Below, in pieces: positions 1 to 12,754 of a DNA stretch of 64,000 nucleotides. The DNA lies in NCBI GenBank assembly GCA_965645245.1, contig OZ287067.1, positions 1,674,001-1,738,000 of the forward strand, written 5' to 3'. Each line of letters starts with the position of its first letter. The first letter of the stretch is position 1. Below the pieces are notes generated by a model. It searched no databases. It saw nothing but the letters and a program-made list of their open reading frames with translations, and was not told the DNA's origin. The position numbers and the translations under genes are program-made. The DNA is from Massalongia carnosa. Lineage: Eukaryota.

Positions 1-793
1 TGATACCGCTGCCTTCTGAATGGATGGAAGAGGAAGGCGCTTACGGCACCAGGAGTGCAAAGTCGATAGTCGCTTTGGCAAATTTCGCACTTCATGAGTG
101 TCTAGCAATTGCAAAACTTCGAGCAGGCCATCATAGGTGCGTCGCTTGATGCCTTCTTTATCACACCAGAGACCGAGAGCCAGGCAGAAATCCGATATTT
201 CTCCTCGTACTGGGCGGGAGGGCACCCGGATCTCATCATCAATCGTGCTTTCAGAAGTAGAAGGGGCAAACTCGTTGAAAGACTCAGCGGTGTCTGTGCT
301 TTCTATATCAAAGTCCGCAAGCTGATTGGATGGCAATTTCATGATAGCATTTGAAGAAATTAAGCTGACAGCAAAGGCCGATGTATCAGCTATTGAAGCA
401 GGCCGAGTATGAGCGTTTTGAAACTCTTCATCAGTTTCCCGCTCATAATCACTATTTTATCGAATCAGTTTCCCGCTCATAATCACTATTTTTTTTATCG
501 AATGCCGTCTCTATATCGGCTGGCAAATTGTCTTAAACGTGTTGTTCAGGAACTTGGTTAGACGATGGTTGGATTTTATTGAGATTCTCTATGGTTCGCT
601 TCTTATGCGCCATTGTCATTCGTTCTGAACTCTGGGTCTGCTTTTGCTTCTCATGAATATGTACAGAATTGTGTTGATATGAAGAACCGGCTTGCGTAGA
701 CCCATGGCCAGGGGAGTCTATCGGTTGACTTTTGGAAGGCAGTGGGTTGGCCCGTGGGACACTGCTCTGAACAGTGGATGCTGGAACAATCAA
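1..793 (-). pseudogene. 5' part of a disrupted ORF running off the left edge; possibly a fungal DNA-transposon (CMC/Plavaka-like) transposase N-terminus
   Basis: Minus-strand frame from ATG at 343 is open to base 1 (MKLPSNQ...SDFCLALGLWCDKEGIKRRTYDGLLEVLQLL...LPKRLSTLHSWCRKRLPLP). The upstream ORF 533-793 is separated from it by a stop and the 430-501 duplication. Family assignment is from recalled motif resemblance only. Confidence 0.35.
430..501. repeat. Tandem duplication of ~34 bp (ATCAGTTTCCCGCTCATAATCACTATTTT..ATCGA x2)
   Basis: Two adjacent copies differing only in T-run length. Confidence 0.9.
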
Positions 794-1174
794 TGCCTTT
801 TCCTCAAGAGGAGGACCCTGAAAACTGAAATCATCAAGGTCGGGTTTATTCAGACTGATATGAAGAAGGCTTACTGCTGGAACGGTTGAAGCAGTGTCAA
901 TGGTTTATGCTTTCTTCTCTTTCTCAAAACATGACCTTCGTCGAGCATCATATTCTCCGTCGCATCATCCTGATATACCCAACGAGGTATCTTGTCTCAT
1001 AACTGAGTTTAATTCTGTGCGCAGGTGAGGTATTCTCATGAAGAATCACTTGTGCGTTGATATTTTAGTTCTTAGGGCTTTAGCACACTATTTCAGAACA
1101 TTAGCATTCGTCTTTACTGCTTCGCGCTTTCTTCCGATTGCACTATCATTAATGCTGATATCACAAATACAATC

Positions 1175-2086
1175 ATGAACGTATCACCGTCAAATGAAGA
1201 GGTCCTTGAACCTTTAACGCAAGCCGAAACACAATTAGGATCAATAGCGGCAGAAATATCAACCAAAAGGACGCGGAGAAGACAGGCCATTACCTCCGAA
1301 TGGAAATAAATAGCCATGCGAATGGAGGCTTCTTTGCGGCCATTTGCGCTGCGTTATGGCAAGCTGGACGCAGATCAAATAGCGCACATCGTTCGAAATG
1401 CAATAATAGAAGACGTAGATGAGGAAGACATATATTTCAGGAAGGGAGTCACCAAGGCGCAATCCAACGTTTCAACGTGGGAACATCGCTCTCTAGAGTG
1501 TATGAAAGTATGTAGCTTGCTATTAGCGTTTATACTCGACTTCTAACTGTTTTTAGAACTACATACAGTCTGCTATCATGAGAGACAACCTAGGGCTGCT
1601 GGAATCCGAGCATGACTCGAGCAGGCTATTCAAAGCCTTTGCACAGCAATATGATCATCATGATGCTGAGACAGTGTTTCCACGAGAAGCCAAAACTTTG
1701 ATGTTCCACGAGGCTTCAAAGAAGGGTGCAATGCCTCGAGGGCCCTATTGGATTAAAGGTAAGTGACAAGGCACACGAGAACTGATGGAATTTACATATT
1801 GATATGAAACAAGTATATTTTTTAAATCTCGCTGTCAAGACGAAATTGTACTCAGACGCACCTAGAGCCGAAGGCACAGATCGAACCTCTTTTTTAGAGT
1901 TTTACGATACATTTCCTCAAATGGCAAAACATTAAGCCACATCATTTCAAATTGAAACCAGCTCGGGCAAAATGCCTAAGAAAGGAATCGTCAAATAATC
2001 CAGAGATGGAGGAATTTGGCGCTGTCATGGATGAGATGGAGGTCACCGAGGCCGAGGACGAAGATGAGGACGGTTTTAGTTCCTGA
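1175..2086 (+). pseudogene. Degenerate intron-containing gene of unknown function
   Basis: ATG 1175 is in frame with ORF 1316-1546 but has an in-frame TAA at 1307. GTATGT..CTAAC..TAG intron at 1508-1557, GTAAGT donor at 1759, acidic tail near 2040-2070. Confidence 0.35.
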
Positions 2087-2636
2087 ATATTTGCTAGTAT
2101 GAAGAAAAGATGTTTTACTTAGAGTTGTTGGTGCAGCCACATTTAGCCTCAGGTTTGTTCTAGATAGCTGATAGCTTGATCGAAGAAAATGTTTTATTTG
2201 CACTCGGCTCTAACACAAATAAAAACTTGAGATCATGTCGACCAAATATAACCCTGTCACCCTGTTTAAAGCACTCCTGACTGACTCAGAAGAATCTTGA
2301 GCTAGTCTGATAAAAATCTTCAAACCATGATCGTCTTGTTAAAATAAAATATCTGTTTGCTTTCTTGACTGACGTAGTCACTTAGTAGATAGACTATGAC
2401 AAGAACGTTCTAGTGGATAATATCCATGTCCGAATACCCAACTCAGCTTCGTAACTCCGTACTCTGTCCGTCCCTATCTTAGACTTCACGATAGAGTGTC
2501 TTCCCGCCCCATCCCATCAACCTCGCAGACAACCACACCAACACCAACACCACCTTCTTTAGCCAATATACATACAGTAATCTACACACACCCCCTCCCT
2601 CCCCCCTTTGCTTCCCCAGAGAAAAGAAGAAAAAGC

Positions 2637-3268
2637 ATGGCGAACGGGTCAGTCCCCCCTCTCCCCGCAAAAATGCCTCCAGAGTCCAGAACCCAAACCC
2701 CCGAACCCAGAAGCTGACCCAGACCAAAACCCGGGAACTCAGCGCAAGTATCGTCATCGGCCTCGTGTTCGTGGTTGTCGCCTCGCTGCTCGCGTACTTC
2801 TTTGCACCCAAGGGGGAGAATCAAACGTGCGTGCTTCTGTCTGCATTATGGATCAACCTCCCCCAAAGCCAAACCCGGGGGGATGCATATAAATGCTGCT
2901 GGGGCGCTCCATTTTCTATGTCCCTGTCCTGCTTTATGCACACAACAACTACAACAAACGAAAAACTGGTTGGCTGGTTGGCTGGTTGGTGGTTTTTGGC
3001 TAACCAACTGGTGTGTATATGGCATCTTAGTGTCTGGCGCAGCTCCCTGATCCTGAGCTTTGCGAGTTGCTATATCATGTGGGGTTTGTTTAAGTCCTTT
3101 CCTTTCCTTTAGAGTCATTGCATGCATGCAAACTCCCAAAAAAAACACCCCAATTTGCTGACAGGATGGCTACCACGTGGCTCTAATTTAGCAATCACCT
3201 TTCTTGCGCAATGGCATCCTCTCATCAAGCCCCAAAACTCGTTTCTGCGGCCACAATACATCGACTAG
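2637..3268 (+). CDS. VMA9: V-type proton ATPase subunit e
   Basis: Exons 2637-2647, 2743-2826, 3031-3083, 3192-3268 with GT-AG introns splice to MANGASIVIGLVFVVVASLLAYFFAPKGENQTVWRSSLILSFASCYIMWAITFLAQWHPLIKPQNSFLRPQYID*, which has the subunit e motifs PKGENQT and MWAITFLAQxHPL. Confidence 0.93.
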
Positions 3269-3855
3269 GGAAGGGTTCACGCTTGGGGCGGTTGGGTGGG
3301 TGTGTATTCTAGAAGAGGGGGGGGGAAGAGAGAAGAGGGAGCACTATTCTTGGTGGTCTTGAGGGATTGTTCGGTGTAGGATTTTGACAGTTGAGAAATG
3401 AAGCGGAGTTTTGTGGTTTGCGAAGGTGTTCAGTAGTATGGAGTTCATCCTGGTTTTGCACCGTTTTTAGACTATAGGCGTCTCAAATGGTGGCTTCCTC
3501 TTCTTGGTCAATAATACAGCCTACAGCGAGCGGTTCTCATTGGTAGACGTGAGAAAATTTCAAAGCATCTAGGCTATACAGCGAATGAATCGTACAAAAA
3601 GCCATTCCGGGTAGAGATTTGGGAATTGTGGTAGCTATTAGTCGCATCTTGAGCGCCAGCGCAAGGAGGGTGGACACATTGATTGATGCACCTGACAATC
3701 TCTAAACTAAATCACCGCCTCAAGCTCTAAGAGCATGGGGGAAAAAACGTACATGACCGATCATGAAGCCATCCTTGCATCCATTCGTAACAAGGCCAAC
3801 ATAAAATTATGGTTATGGGGAGCGAATCCTGAGAAGTATATGTGAAAGATCGATA

Positions 3856-6661
3856 TCATGAAGATGGTGTTGTCTGGGAACTGGTTTTCTCATCCACACC
3901 CTGGCCTCTGCAAAGCGGGCATGAGTTGCGTCCGGTTGTCAACCACTGAGGATTCAAACATCAGCCACAAAGACAGACTTGCGGCTTTTTCAAAATAACG
4001 TACCTCATCAATGCACTCTTTATGGAAAATATGGGTGCAGTTGTTAAGCTGTCGTACTTGCTCGTCGTTCTCGTATTCGGAAAGACAGACAAGACAGCGC
4101 TCCCCAGGGACTATCCGAATCTGAGCCCCACCATCAAGAGCTGCGGCAACAATACTGCCCGGGCGTTTTTGCACCCGGTGGACTCCAAGAGCCGATGCAA
4201 CGTCTTCCGGGCTGGCTACAGGAGGTTTTGCGGGGCCCAGAAGCGATGACAAAAGTAACATATCCTCGTACGTAGGATTCTGTCAGTCAGACTCATTAGC
4301 GGAAATATTTGAGTCTGCAAAAATATTACATACATCAGTAAATAAACTCGGGGTAGCAAAAGCAGGATGATCCTCTGATAAATTGGTTCCAACCACATAG
4401 ATGAGCCAGCTGCGACTTCCATGAGACGGGGGATCACCAGGCTCCGCATCATCTGGCTCAACGACACCGTTTCGTCTTGCGGCGCCGGCTCCCAAATCCC
4501 GATGACGGGCAAACTCCGAGTCGCTACGGCGCCGCTGTTGCACCAACCGGCTGGGTTGGTCGCTAGGGGCTAATATCCCAGCTTCACGTAAATGCTGGGT
4601 AGCAATATCACGAGGTGGTAAAGGGGCGTGATGAACTGCCGAGGCAGACGACGGTCGGCGGTTTGGTGTTGTTGTTCCAGAAGAGTATGCAGATAACCCA
4701 GGGTCTGCTGGTGTAGATGGTGGAGGGTGTGGTCCTGGGGGCGATTCTGAGAGAGCTATAGGTAAGGCCGCCGTCCTAATTGATGCTGCATCTATGGAGC
4801 CTTGACGGCTAGTGCTCAGCATTCGCTGATGTCGTTGGCTGTCGTAATTGGCCGGAAACGTATTCACACCCCCCATCGATGCCCGCCGACGGTGTGGAAA
4901 CCTTGATCTCCCGTCAGCATGTCTCAAAAACCCTCCCGCACCGCTTCTCGCGATGTTGTTAGAGGGAGCCAAAGGTAATCGAAGTAGTGCATCAAGACTG
5001 GGGTCCGCCACTGTTGCTTCTTCATGCCCTACATGTTCCGAGGGTACAGATCGGACGCCCACCACTACCAATGTTACAGTTCTCCCATCAGTAGGGTCAG
5101 CCGTGTCTTCGTTGGTAGCCGGCTGAGCCAAGTGGTCTTCGTTTCTACTTCTTGAAGGTGCGCTGCTATCGGAATTTTGGTTGACAAACCGAAACACGCG
5201 CAAAAAGTTTAAAGGGGGGAGCGTTCCGTGCACCCGAGTGGTGTCACCTCCACCTTCAGACGTGCGTCCATCGCCCGCTGATGTTGTTGCGTGCTGCAGA
5301 GATCGGAAAAGAGCATTCAAACTGCCATCAAGACCATCAACACCTACAGCTTGCATATTTGTTATAGCTTGATCTGGGGTTCCTGAAAGTTGTGCTGCAA
5401 TTGCTGCAGCCGCTAGATGTAGAATGCGAGGCAAAGGACCTTCGTCATCGCGTCTAATCAACCTGCTTGACCTCCCTCGTAGCATATTCGGCATTCTTCT
5501 AGCTTCTCGCCTTCCTGCAGACCCACGCTCCGTCCAGCGTTCGGTCCAGCTTGGACTCTCTGTCCAAGGTGGAGAGTGGTCTCGAGCCTCTGCCACGGTG
5601 GGGAATCTGTGCATCCTCTGGTCTCTATTGACTGACCCCGCTACTTCGGGTGTCGAGTAATTTAGGTCTATGCTTGGATCCGTAGAAGTCAAAGGTGGAA
5701 GTAAGAAACTAGGACCGTCTTGGGCTGGGCCTCTTGACGGCCGTCGTGGCGGAATCGGGATCTCACGTGTTTGTGTAATATGAAATCGAGATGTAGAGAA
5801 GAGGCTTTCAAGCGGGATAGAGAGAGATCGGCGCACTCTTGATATGCGGGAGCTTCGGGGGGACAAGTGGGTGAATCCAGGTTCGGGGTCTCGCACAGCA
5901 GCTGATTGGCTGGCTTCAGGTGATGACAACGCTTGTAATGAAGACATTGTGAAACTGGGAGATGGTATAGATCCGTCTACTATCAAAGGAAAGGGTCTTG
6001 ATATGGGTGCGAGATCTCGCCCTCGCCTTGAGCGGGATGAAGCTGATGGGCCGGGTGCAAGAGTTCCGATGAGCTGAAGTTGATGATGGCCCAATGTTTC
6101 TGAGACATCTGACGACCGGGAAGGAAATCTGTTAGAGAGCCTTCTACGAATCGCCGGGCCTTCGCCGTATCCATCCTGATCGGTTCCTAAGGAACCCGAG
6201 GAACCCGAGGTTGAATGTCTCGGCAATAGCCTTGAACTAATTCTTGCGATAACAGATTGTCGTCTTGGCATCGGGGACGCAGTTATATGTGTGATGGGAG
6301 CATTTCGCATACCAAGATCCTCCATATGAACCAGAGGGCGAATTTCCTGCTGCTCATAAAATATCTCGTCATGGGTTGAGGTATCGCTGTTGATTGCTAA
6401 GCTTCCCCGCACAGGGATTGACTGAGCAGATATCTGTCGGCTAAAAGTCGCGAACGGCTGTGTAGGCTGAAGATCTTGTTGATGAGAAGTCCGTGCCGAC
6501 AACGTAGACGGTGTTTGATCTGCCTGTCTCTGTCTTGGTCTTTGAGATCCCATCTGGGCAACTCCGGTGCCTTCCCTGTCTTGGACCAATTGCGAGAAAC
6601 GTCGTGAGTCGCGGTGAAGGAATGCGTCGCGATCACGCTGGGACGAGGCGCTTTGGCCCAT
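3856..6661 (-). CDS. RING-H2 finger protein (probable E3 ubiquitin ligase)
   Basis: Exons 6661-4334, 4279-4004, 3945-3856. Spliced C-terminus [32 protein letters not shown] is a C3H2C3 RING, preceded by NPTYEDMLLLSSLLGPAKPP. Confidence 0.88.
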
Positions 6662-7583
6662 GGTTGGTATTGGTAATGGATATGTTGATAGTACAAGCTC
6701 TAGCCCCGAATGGACTAATCACTTCATAAGAGGCATTCTGAAATACTCTGCATGCCAAGTTGAAAGCGTTGAGAGATGTTTTCGGACTTGTTTGACAAAC
6801 TTCGTAGGAATACTGGTGCGCGTTGGGAAGGGTACCAGAGGTTTTCGTGATGCTTTCTCCGAGGAAGACGTCCTCGTACACAACGGTGATATTTCTTAAG
6901 TTTATGGCCTAAGGTTGAGGGTTGGGACACTCTTCCAACGCATGGAAATTAGCTGATTGTTGACAACGAAAGTAGAAACCTCATAGCTTCTTGCAGACTT
7001 GTGGTCTTGCGGTCTTGCAGTCTTGCAGTCTTGGACGATAACACGGATGAAATGATGGAATAGAAGTTCTAGAGAACAAGTTGCCCTCAGAGGTGTGGCT
7101 ACCAGCGAAACCGGGGGGCTTTTGAAAGATGAACTGACGCCAACAGTGCAGAAGACGGTGCGGTTTGGGTGTTTGATGAGACTTGGTAAGGGTTAAAGCA
7201 TTCTTGCATAAGTAAGCCATTAGTAGCCAATCGAGCCAGGTATCGGTCATGTATGTTAACTCGACGCGCTAAAAGCGGATGACTGGTAGACGCTACTCGT
7301 ACCCTGTCACGCCGGTATCTGGACTCTGTATCTGTACGTACACAACTTGGGATTACTATATAATAAGAGACGCCACGAAACGTGATCGGCTATTTTGATA
7401 CGTATTCGTTAGATACTCGGTACTGTACGGAGTACAGAGTACTCCGCATGTCTGTCTTGTTTAACGCTGCCTACGGAGTAGATACCAGAGTGTTTATCGC
7501 ATCGATCGAGTCTACGCCGGATGTTGAGTGTTTTCCACCGAGTATAGCACAAAGTACTCAAATCTTCGATTGTTCCAACATTC

Positions 7584-8723
7584 ATGCCTTTCGCCTACTT
7601 ATTCTTGCCTACATTCAACAAGTCCGTGCCCCCAAATAACAATCCTTCGGCGTCTCGTGGTTCCTCCAGGAAACGAAAGAGAGGAGATCCCGGCTCAATT
7701 GACGTCCTTGATAATCATGACAACAAGCTGGAGAGCAGTATCCGATCAAGGCAGTCCCCAGCTAATATTAAAACATTCGCAGTCGTTGGAAGCCAGCCTC
7801 AGTGGGTTGAACAACTGTTGGATCAAGGTTTATTTGGAAAAAATTATCCTCATAGGAGGCAAAGCTGCAACGTAGCTATTGCTGTATCGAAGCTTCTCGA
7901 CGAAAATCAAAATATTCTTGAAGAAGTACCGCCGTTGACACCAAAAGGAAGGAGGCCTGATAGAGACATATCCGCGTCTGATGCACCAAAAACGTTTGGT
8001 TTTCGCTACCAACATCTGGCGGCTTTGACAACGATATTACACAGGTGTATTTCAGAAGGGGACTACCTTCGGGCCGGAAGAGCCTGGGGGATACTTCTTC
8101 GAGCTCAAGTGAATGGACATGATTTGAATCTAAGAAATGATGGTCGGTGGGGAATTGGTGCTGAGATTTTGTGCCAGCGGCACCCACAAAAAACGGGGGA
8201 ATCTTCGGCACATCAAGAAGGAAGCGTAATCACCAAGAAAATCAATGACCAGGAACCAAACTTGGTAAGACACATGAGGACATACACTAGAGAAGGGCTC
8301 GACGAGGCTCGGAATTACTACGAGAGAATCATACTGCAATACCCCTATCATAAAGCATTTCCTAACGCTGTGGGTGCTATGAATTTCTATCCGGCCATGT
8401 TTGGTCTTTGGATATACTCTAAGCAGGAAGAATATGAAGCATCAATAGCAAAAACCCCAAAGTCGGCTATGGATAGTGACCAGTATCGTCGGAGAACCCT
8501 TGATACCAGTAAGGGGGATCACTCACCCATCCCCTCACCCAAAGGTCACCCAAAACTAGCAGAGGCGCGGAAGGCCCTTTTGAACGCTGGAGAGCAAATA
8601 GCAGATCGCCTAGATAAACTTTTAGTCTCTCCACCATTCTCGGATGATCCCAGACTTTTGAATTTACGAGAAATGGTAGCTCGGTGGGTTGAGAATCTTG
8701 CGGTCGCTGTCATTTCTCCGTAG
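7584..8723 (+). CDS. RRN11: RNA polymerase I-specific initiation factor Rrn11-like protein
   Basis: 379-aa ORF with HLAALTTILHRCISEGDYLRAGRAWGILLR..RWGIGAEIL and ARNYYERIILQYPY, which I recognise from fungal Rrn11-family proteins. Confidence 0.65.
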   Translation: MPFAYLFLPTFNKSVPPNNNPSASRGSSRKRKRGDPGSIDVLDNHDNKLESSIRSRQSPANIKTFAVVGSQPQWVEQLLDQGLFGKNYPHRRQSCNVAIAVSKLLDENQNILEEVPPLTPKGRRPDRDISASDAPKTFGFRYQHLAALTTILHRCISEGDYLRAGRAWGILLRAQVNGHDLNLRNDGRWGIGAEILCQRHPQKTGESSAHQEGSVITKKINDQEPNLVRHMRTYTREGLDEARNYYERIILQYPYHKAFPNAVGAMNFYPAMFGLWIYSKQEEYEASIAKTPKSAMDSDQYRRRTLDTSKGDHSPIPSPKGHPKLAEARKALLNAGEQIADRLDKLLVSPPFSDDPRLLNLREMVARWVENLAVAVISP

Positions 8724-9354
8724 TTAGGTCTAGATTCCGTATCCCGGGAAGACGAAAGCAATATGCGTTCTTTGAGTTCCTGGGATAGCGGGGTTGAAGC
8801 AATCGTGAAAGGAATGGGGGCTGTTATAGAAAAGCGATAGAACAGGAAATGCACGTGAAATATAGATGATCAGGAGAGAAATCGACAGGTTCATAAACCC
8901 GGGAATCGGGTAGTTTGTGGAAGAAAGGAATCAGATGCCAGAGCCGTTGATTGATCTCTATAACTATGCCTGGTGTACAGAGTACAAGTCACTGGTCCTG
9001 TTGTGCTGCTCATGAGCCGAAGATGACTTCGCTTTCTGTGATGTCTGTAGTCGGGTTAGCAGTCGGAAACCGGCACTTCTCCTTGTCCGTCCCTCTGTGA
9101 GTAGGTATGTACGTCACTAATCTAACGCATGTGTGGACGCCAATCAATCTTGCCCCCAAGCACAAAGTTACCTACGAACATTGGTATCTTTGTGCTGAGC
9201 CTTCCTACCTGCACTTTATCTTCATATTTGATTACACCTCATGTACAGACTATCTGTAGAGTAGCTATAGCGTAGCTATTCACTCGTTCGGCCCACTTCA
9301 CCCTGTCCAACTCACCAGCAGGAGGGTTTAAACCTCAGGCTGTTTGGAGGTCTT

Positions 9355-12300
9355 ATGGCCACACTACAACCCCCTGTTGAACCCACTGAGGTTAATGTGA
9401 AGAAGCGAAAAAGGCCAACGAGAGCTCCAGAAAAGGTACAGAATGGAGAGTACGAATCCAATACTGCTACCACAGTATTGCCAACAAAATCCTCAGATGG
9501 CGGAAAGAAGCCCGTTCAACTACGTATATCGAAGAAGGCGCCCTCCAACAACACGAAGCCGCCTCTGCTGCGTCGAGATTCTTCTACCTTCGTTGAATCC
9601 GCCATCAAGTGGCCCGAGCATTTCGTCAAGCTTCAACAGACGTATCGCGCGCTCAATCTCGTCTATACCTTTTGCTGTACTCGTAAACACTTCGCTACCA
9701 CGTTCGAGAACATCAAAACGGCAGTTGAGGGCCATATCGAGCGCGAGCTGGCTATAGAGGATATTACACAGATCAAAGCATTAATGCCAAGAGCGATCAA
9801 CTTTGCCTATGTAGACGAGGCCTCCTTGCAAGTCGCAATTACAGGCGAAGAAGATGGAATGAGAAGCGGAAAAACCAAAAAATTCTCGGAGCTTGATCTA
9901 GCAGGGAAGGACCACGAAGCAGCAAACGCGAAGAGCAAAGACTTTCTGTTATTTGAGTTTATTGATGGAGATTTAAAACGGCAAGTCACCGACGGTAAAA
10001 CAGGCGAGCCGACAAACGCTTTTCGTAAACTGAGGGATGAAGACTTGAAGATACCTGTCTATAGCCAAAAACAAATGTTGAAACTAATTGAGAAAAGAAA
10101 CACCAAGTTCGCTTCTGCTGTGAATGGGCTCCTCAATCAGGCCGACATCGAATGCGCTGACCCTGTGATACATCTGGGCAGAGTGGCAGAAGGCTACTTT
10201 CCCATTCCCTTGGAAAGTGCCGGCAACAAGCCAACCCCAAAGCTAGCAAAGCCTCCGCCCACGATACCTGTTGAGCGTCAATCTGTTGCTCAAATCATTG
10301 CGGAGATCAAGAGTATGGATTGGTATACCAGTCAGATTGTTCCTGATGGACATAGAGTTTTTGATCCTCAGCATGCAATATATGGTGACTTAAATTTTCA
10401 GCTATCGCAGAACCTGGTCAATGCACTTTATAACACAAAAAACATTACTCGATTGTACTCCCATCAAGCAGAGGCAATCAATAATCTGTATGAGGGATTC
10501 AACGTGATAGTTTCTACGTCTACAAGTTCAGGGAAGTCCTTGATCTACCAAATCCCAATGCTGCATGAACTTGAACTCGACCCCAATAGCCGAGGAATGT
10601 ATATATTTCCCACCAAAGCACTTGCACAGGATCAGAAACGGAGCATGAAGGAGCTCGTACGATTTATGCCTGAACTTGAGGATGTATTGATCGACACCTT
10701 TGATGGCGATACGCCGATGTCTGACCGGAATTTGATCCGCGATCAAGGTAAGATTGTCTTCACGAACCCGGATATTTTGCATATTACAATCCTCCCTCAA
10801 GAAGATAAGTGGCGAAAATTTCTCCAAAACTTGAAATTTGTTGTGGTTGATGAACTCCACGTTTACAATGGCCTGTTCGGCTCTCATGTTGCATTTATCA
10901 TGCGGCGATTGAGGAGAATATGCGCTGCTGTAGGAAATCGCCATGTGAAATTTGTTTCTTGTTCTGCTACTGTTGCAAACCCAGAGGAGCATATGAGAAC
11001 CATATTTGGCATCGAAAAAATTCGTTTGACGGACTTTGACGGATCCCCTTCCGGACGAAAGGAGTTTCTATGTTGGAACACCCCTTTCAAAGATCCCAAG
11101 GACCCCTCGTCGGGCAGAGGGGATACTTTGGCCGAAGCAGCCAGACTCTTTTGCCAGTTCGTTTTGCGGGGAATTAGAGTGATAGCTTTCTGCCTTGTGA
11201 GAAAGCAATGTGAGGGGCTCATTACCGCAGTACGAAACGAGGCTACAAATCTGGAACGACCTGACCTGGCAGCACGGGTAATGGGCTATCGAGGCGGATA
11301 TGCTCCACAGGATAGGCGAAAGATTGAGAGAGAGATGTTTGATGGGAAATTAATGGGCATCGTCGCCACAAATGCCTTGGAGCTGGGCGTTGATATAGGG
11401 TCTTTAGACGCGGTGATCACTGTAGGATTTCCGTACACCATTGCTAATCTTAGGCAGCAAAGTGGCCGGGCTGGTCGAAGGAACAAAGACTCCTTATCTG
11501 TCTTGGTGGGCGATAGCTTCGCTACAGATCAGTATTATATGGATAATCCCAACGAGATTTTCACAAAACCAAACTGTGAACTGCAGGTTGATCTGCAGAA
11601 CATTTTGGTTTTAGAAGGCCACATCCAATGCGCAGCATTTGAGATGCCCATCCGCCCCGAGGAGGATAAGATCTACTTTGGAAAGCAACTGTCTGAGATC
11701 GCAGAAGAACGAATGGTTAAAGACCCCTTGGGTTTCTATCATTGTAATGAGCGATTCCGCCCCCATCCTTCCAAATGTGTTGCTATCCGTGATACCGAAG
11801 AAGGACATTTCGCTGTGATTGATGTCACGAACGGCCGAAATGTCGTGCTGGAAGAAGTTGAGCCATCACGCGCCTCTTTCACCATCTATGAAGGCGGCAT
11901 CTTCCTCCACCAAGGCTACACTTATCTTGTCAAGGAGTTTTCTCCGGAGCTCAAGTTGGCCAAAGTATCTCTGGTCAAGGTGGACTGGACCACACAGCAG
12001 CGCGATTATACCGACATTGATCCGATTGAGACGGAAGCAATTCGCCGAATACCAAACTCACTCTCTCGTGCTTTTTATGGCGCAATTAAGATTCGCGCGG
12101 TTATATTCGGGTTTTTCAAAGTCGACAAAAAACGGCGAATTCTCGATGCCGTCCAGGTCGATAACCCCCCCATTGAGATATTAAGCAAAGGGATGTGGCT
12201 GGACATCCCGAAAGCAGCCCTTGAACTCCTTAACAGTCGACGTCTGAACGTTGCAGGGGCAATTCATGCAGCAGAACATGCCATTCTAAGCCTCATGCCT

Positions 12301-12554
12301 CACTTCGTCGTAAGTATGCCGGGAGACGTGCGCACCGAGTGTAAAAATGCGACCAAAGAATTTGCAAAGAAGGAGACATCACGGAAAAGACCTGCGCGGC
12401 TAACCTTCTACGACGCAAAGGGTGGAGCCAGCGGCTCTGGCATATCGACCAAAGCGTTTGAGTTTATCGATCTGCTTCTTGTACGCGCTTGCGACCGAGT
12501 TGGAAATTGCCACTGTCTTGAGGGTTGCCTTGAATGTGTATGCAGCGAACGGTG
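9355..12554 (+). CDS. HRQ1: ATP-dependent DNA helicase Hrq1 (RecQ4 family), 3' end lost in the assembly gap
   Basis: Motifs TSTSSGKS, PTKALAQDQ, VVDELH, CSAT, ATNALELGVDIG, QQSGRAGRR, and the Zn-binding C-terminal domain (HAAEHA..C-C-EGC-EC). ORF runs into Ns; probable GT donor at 12552. Confidence 0.92.
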
Positions 12555-12754
12555 NNNNNNNNNNNNNNNNNNNNNNNNNNNNNNNNNNNNNNNNNNNNNN
12601 NNNNNNNNNNNNNNNNNNNNNNNNNNNNNNNNNNNNNNNNNNNNNNNNNNNNNNNNNNNNNNNNNNNNNNNNNNNNNNNNNNNNNNNNNNNNNNNNNNNN
12701 NNNNNNNNNNNNNNNNNNNNNNNNNNNNNNNNNNNNNNNNNNNNNNNNNNNNNN
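12555..12754. other. Assembly gap (200 N)
   Basis: Run of n. Confidence 1.

Noticed and set aside
2479..3148. Short overlapping ORFs around VMA9
   Set aside because: Explained by the four-exon VMA9 gene and low-complexity introns and UTR
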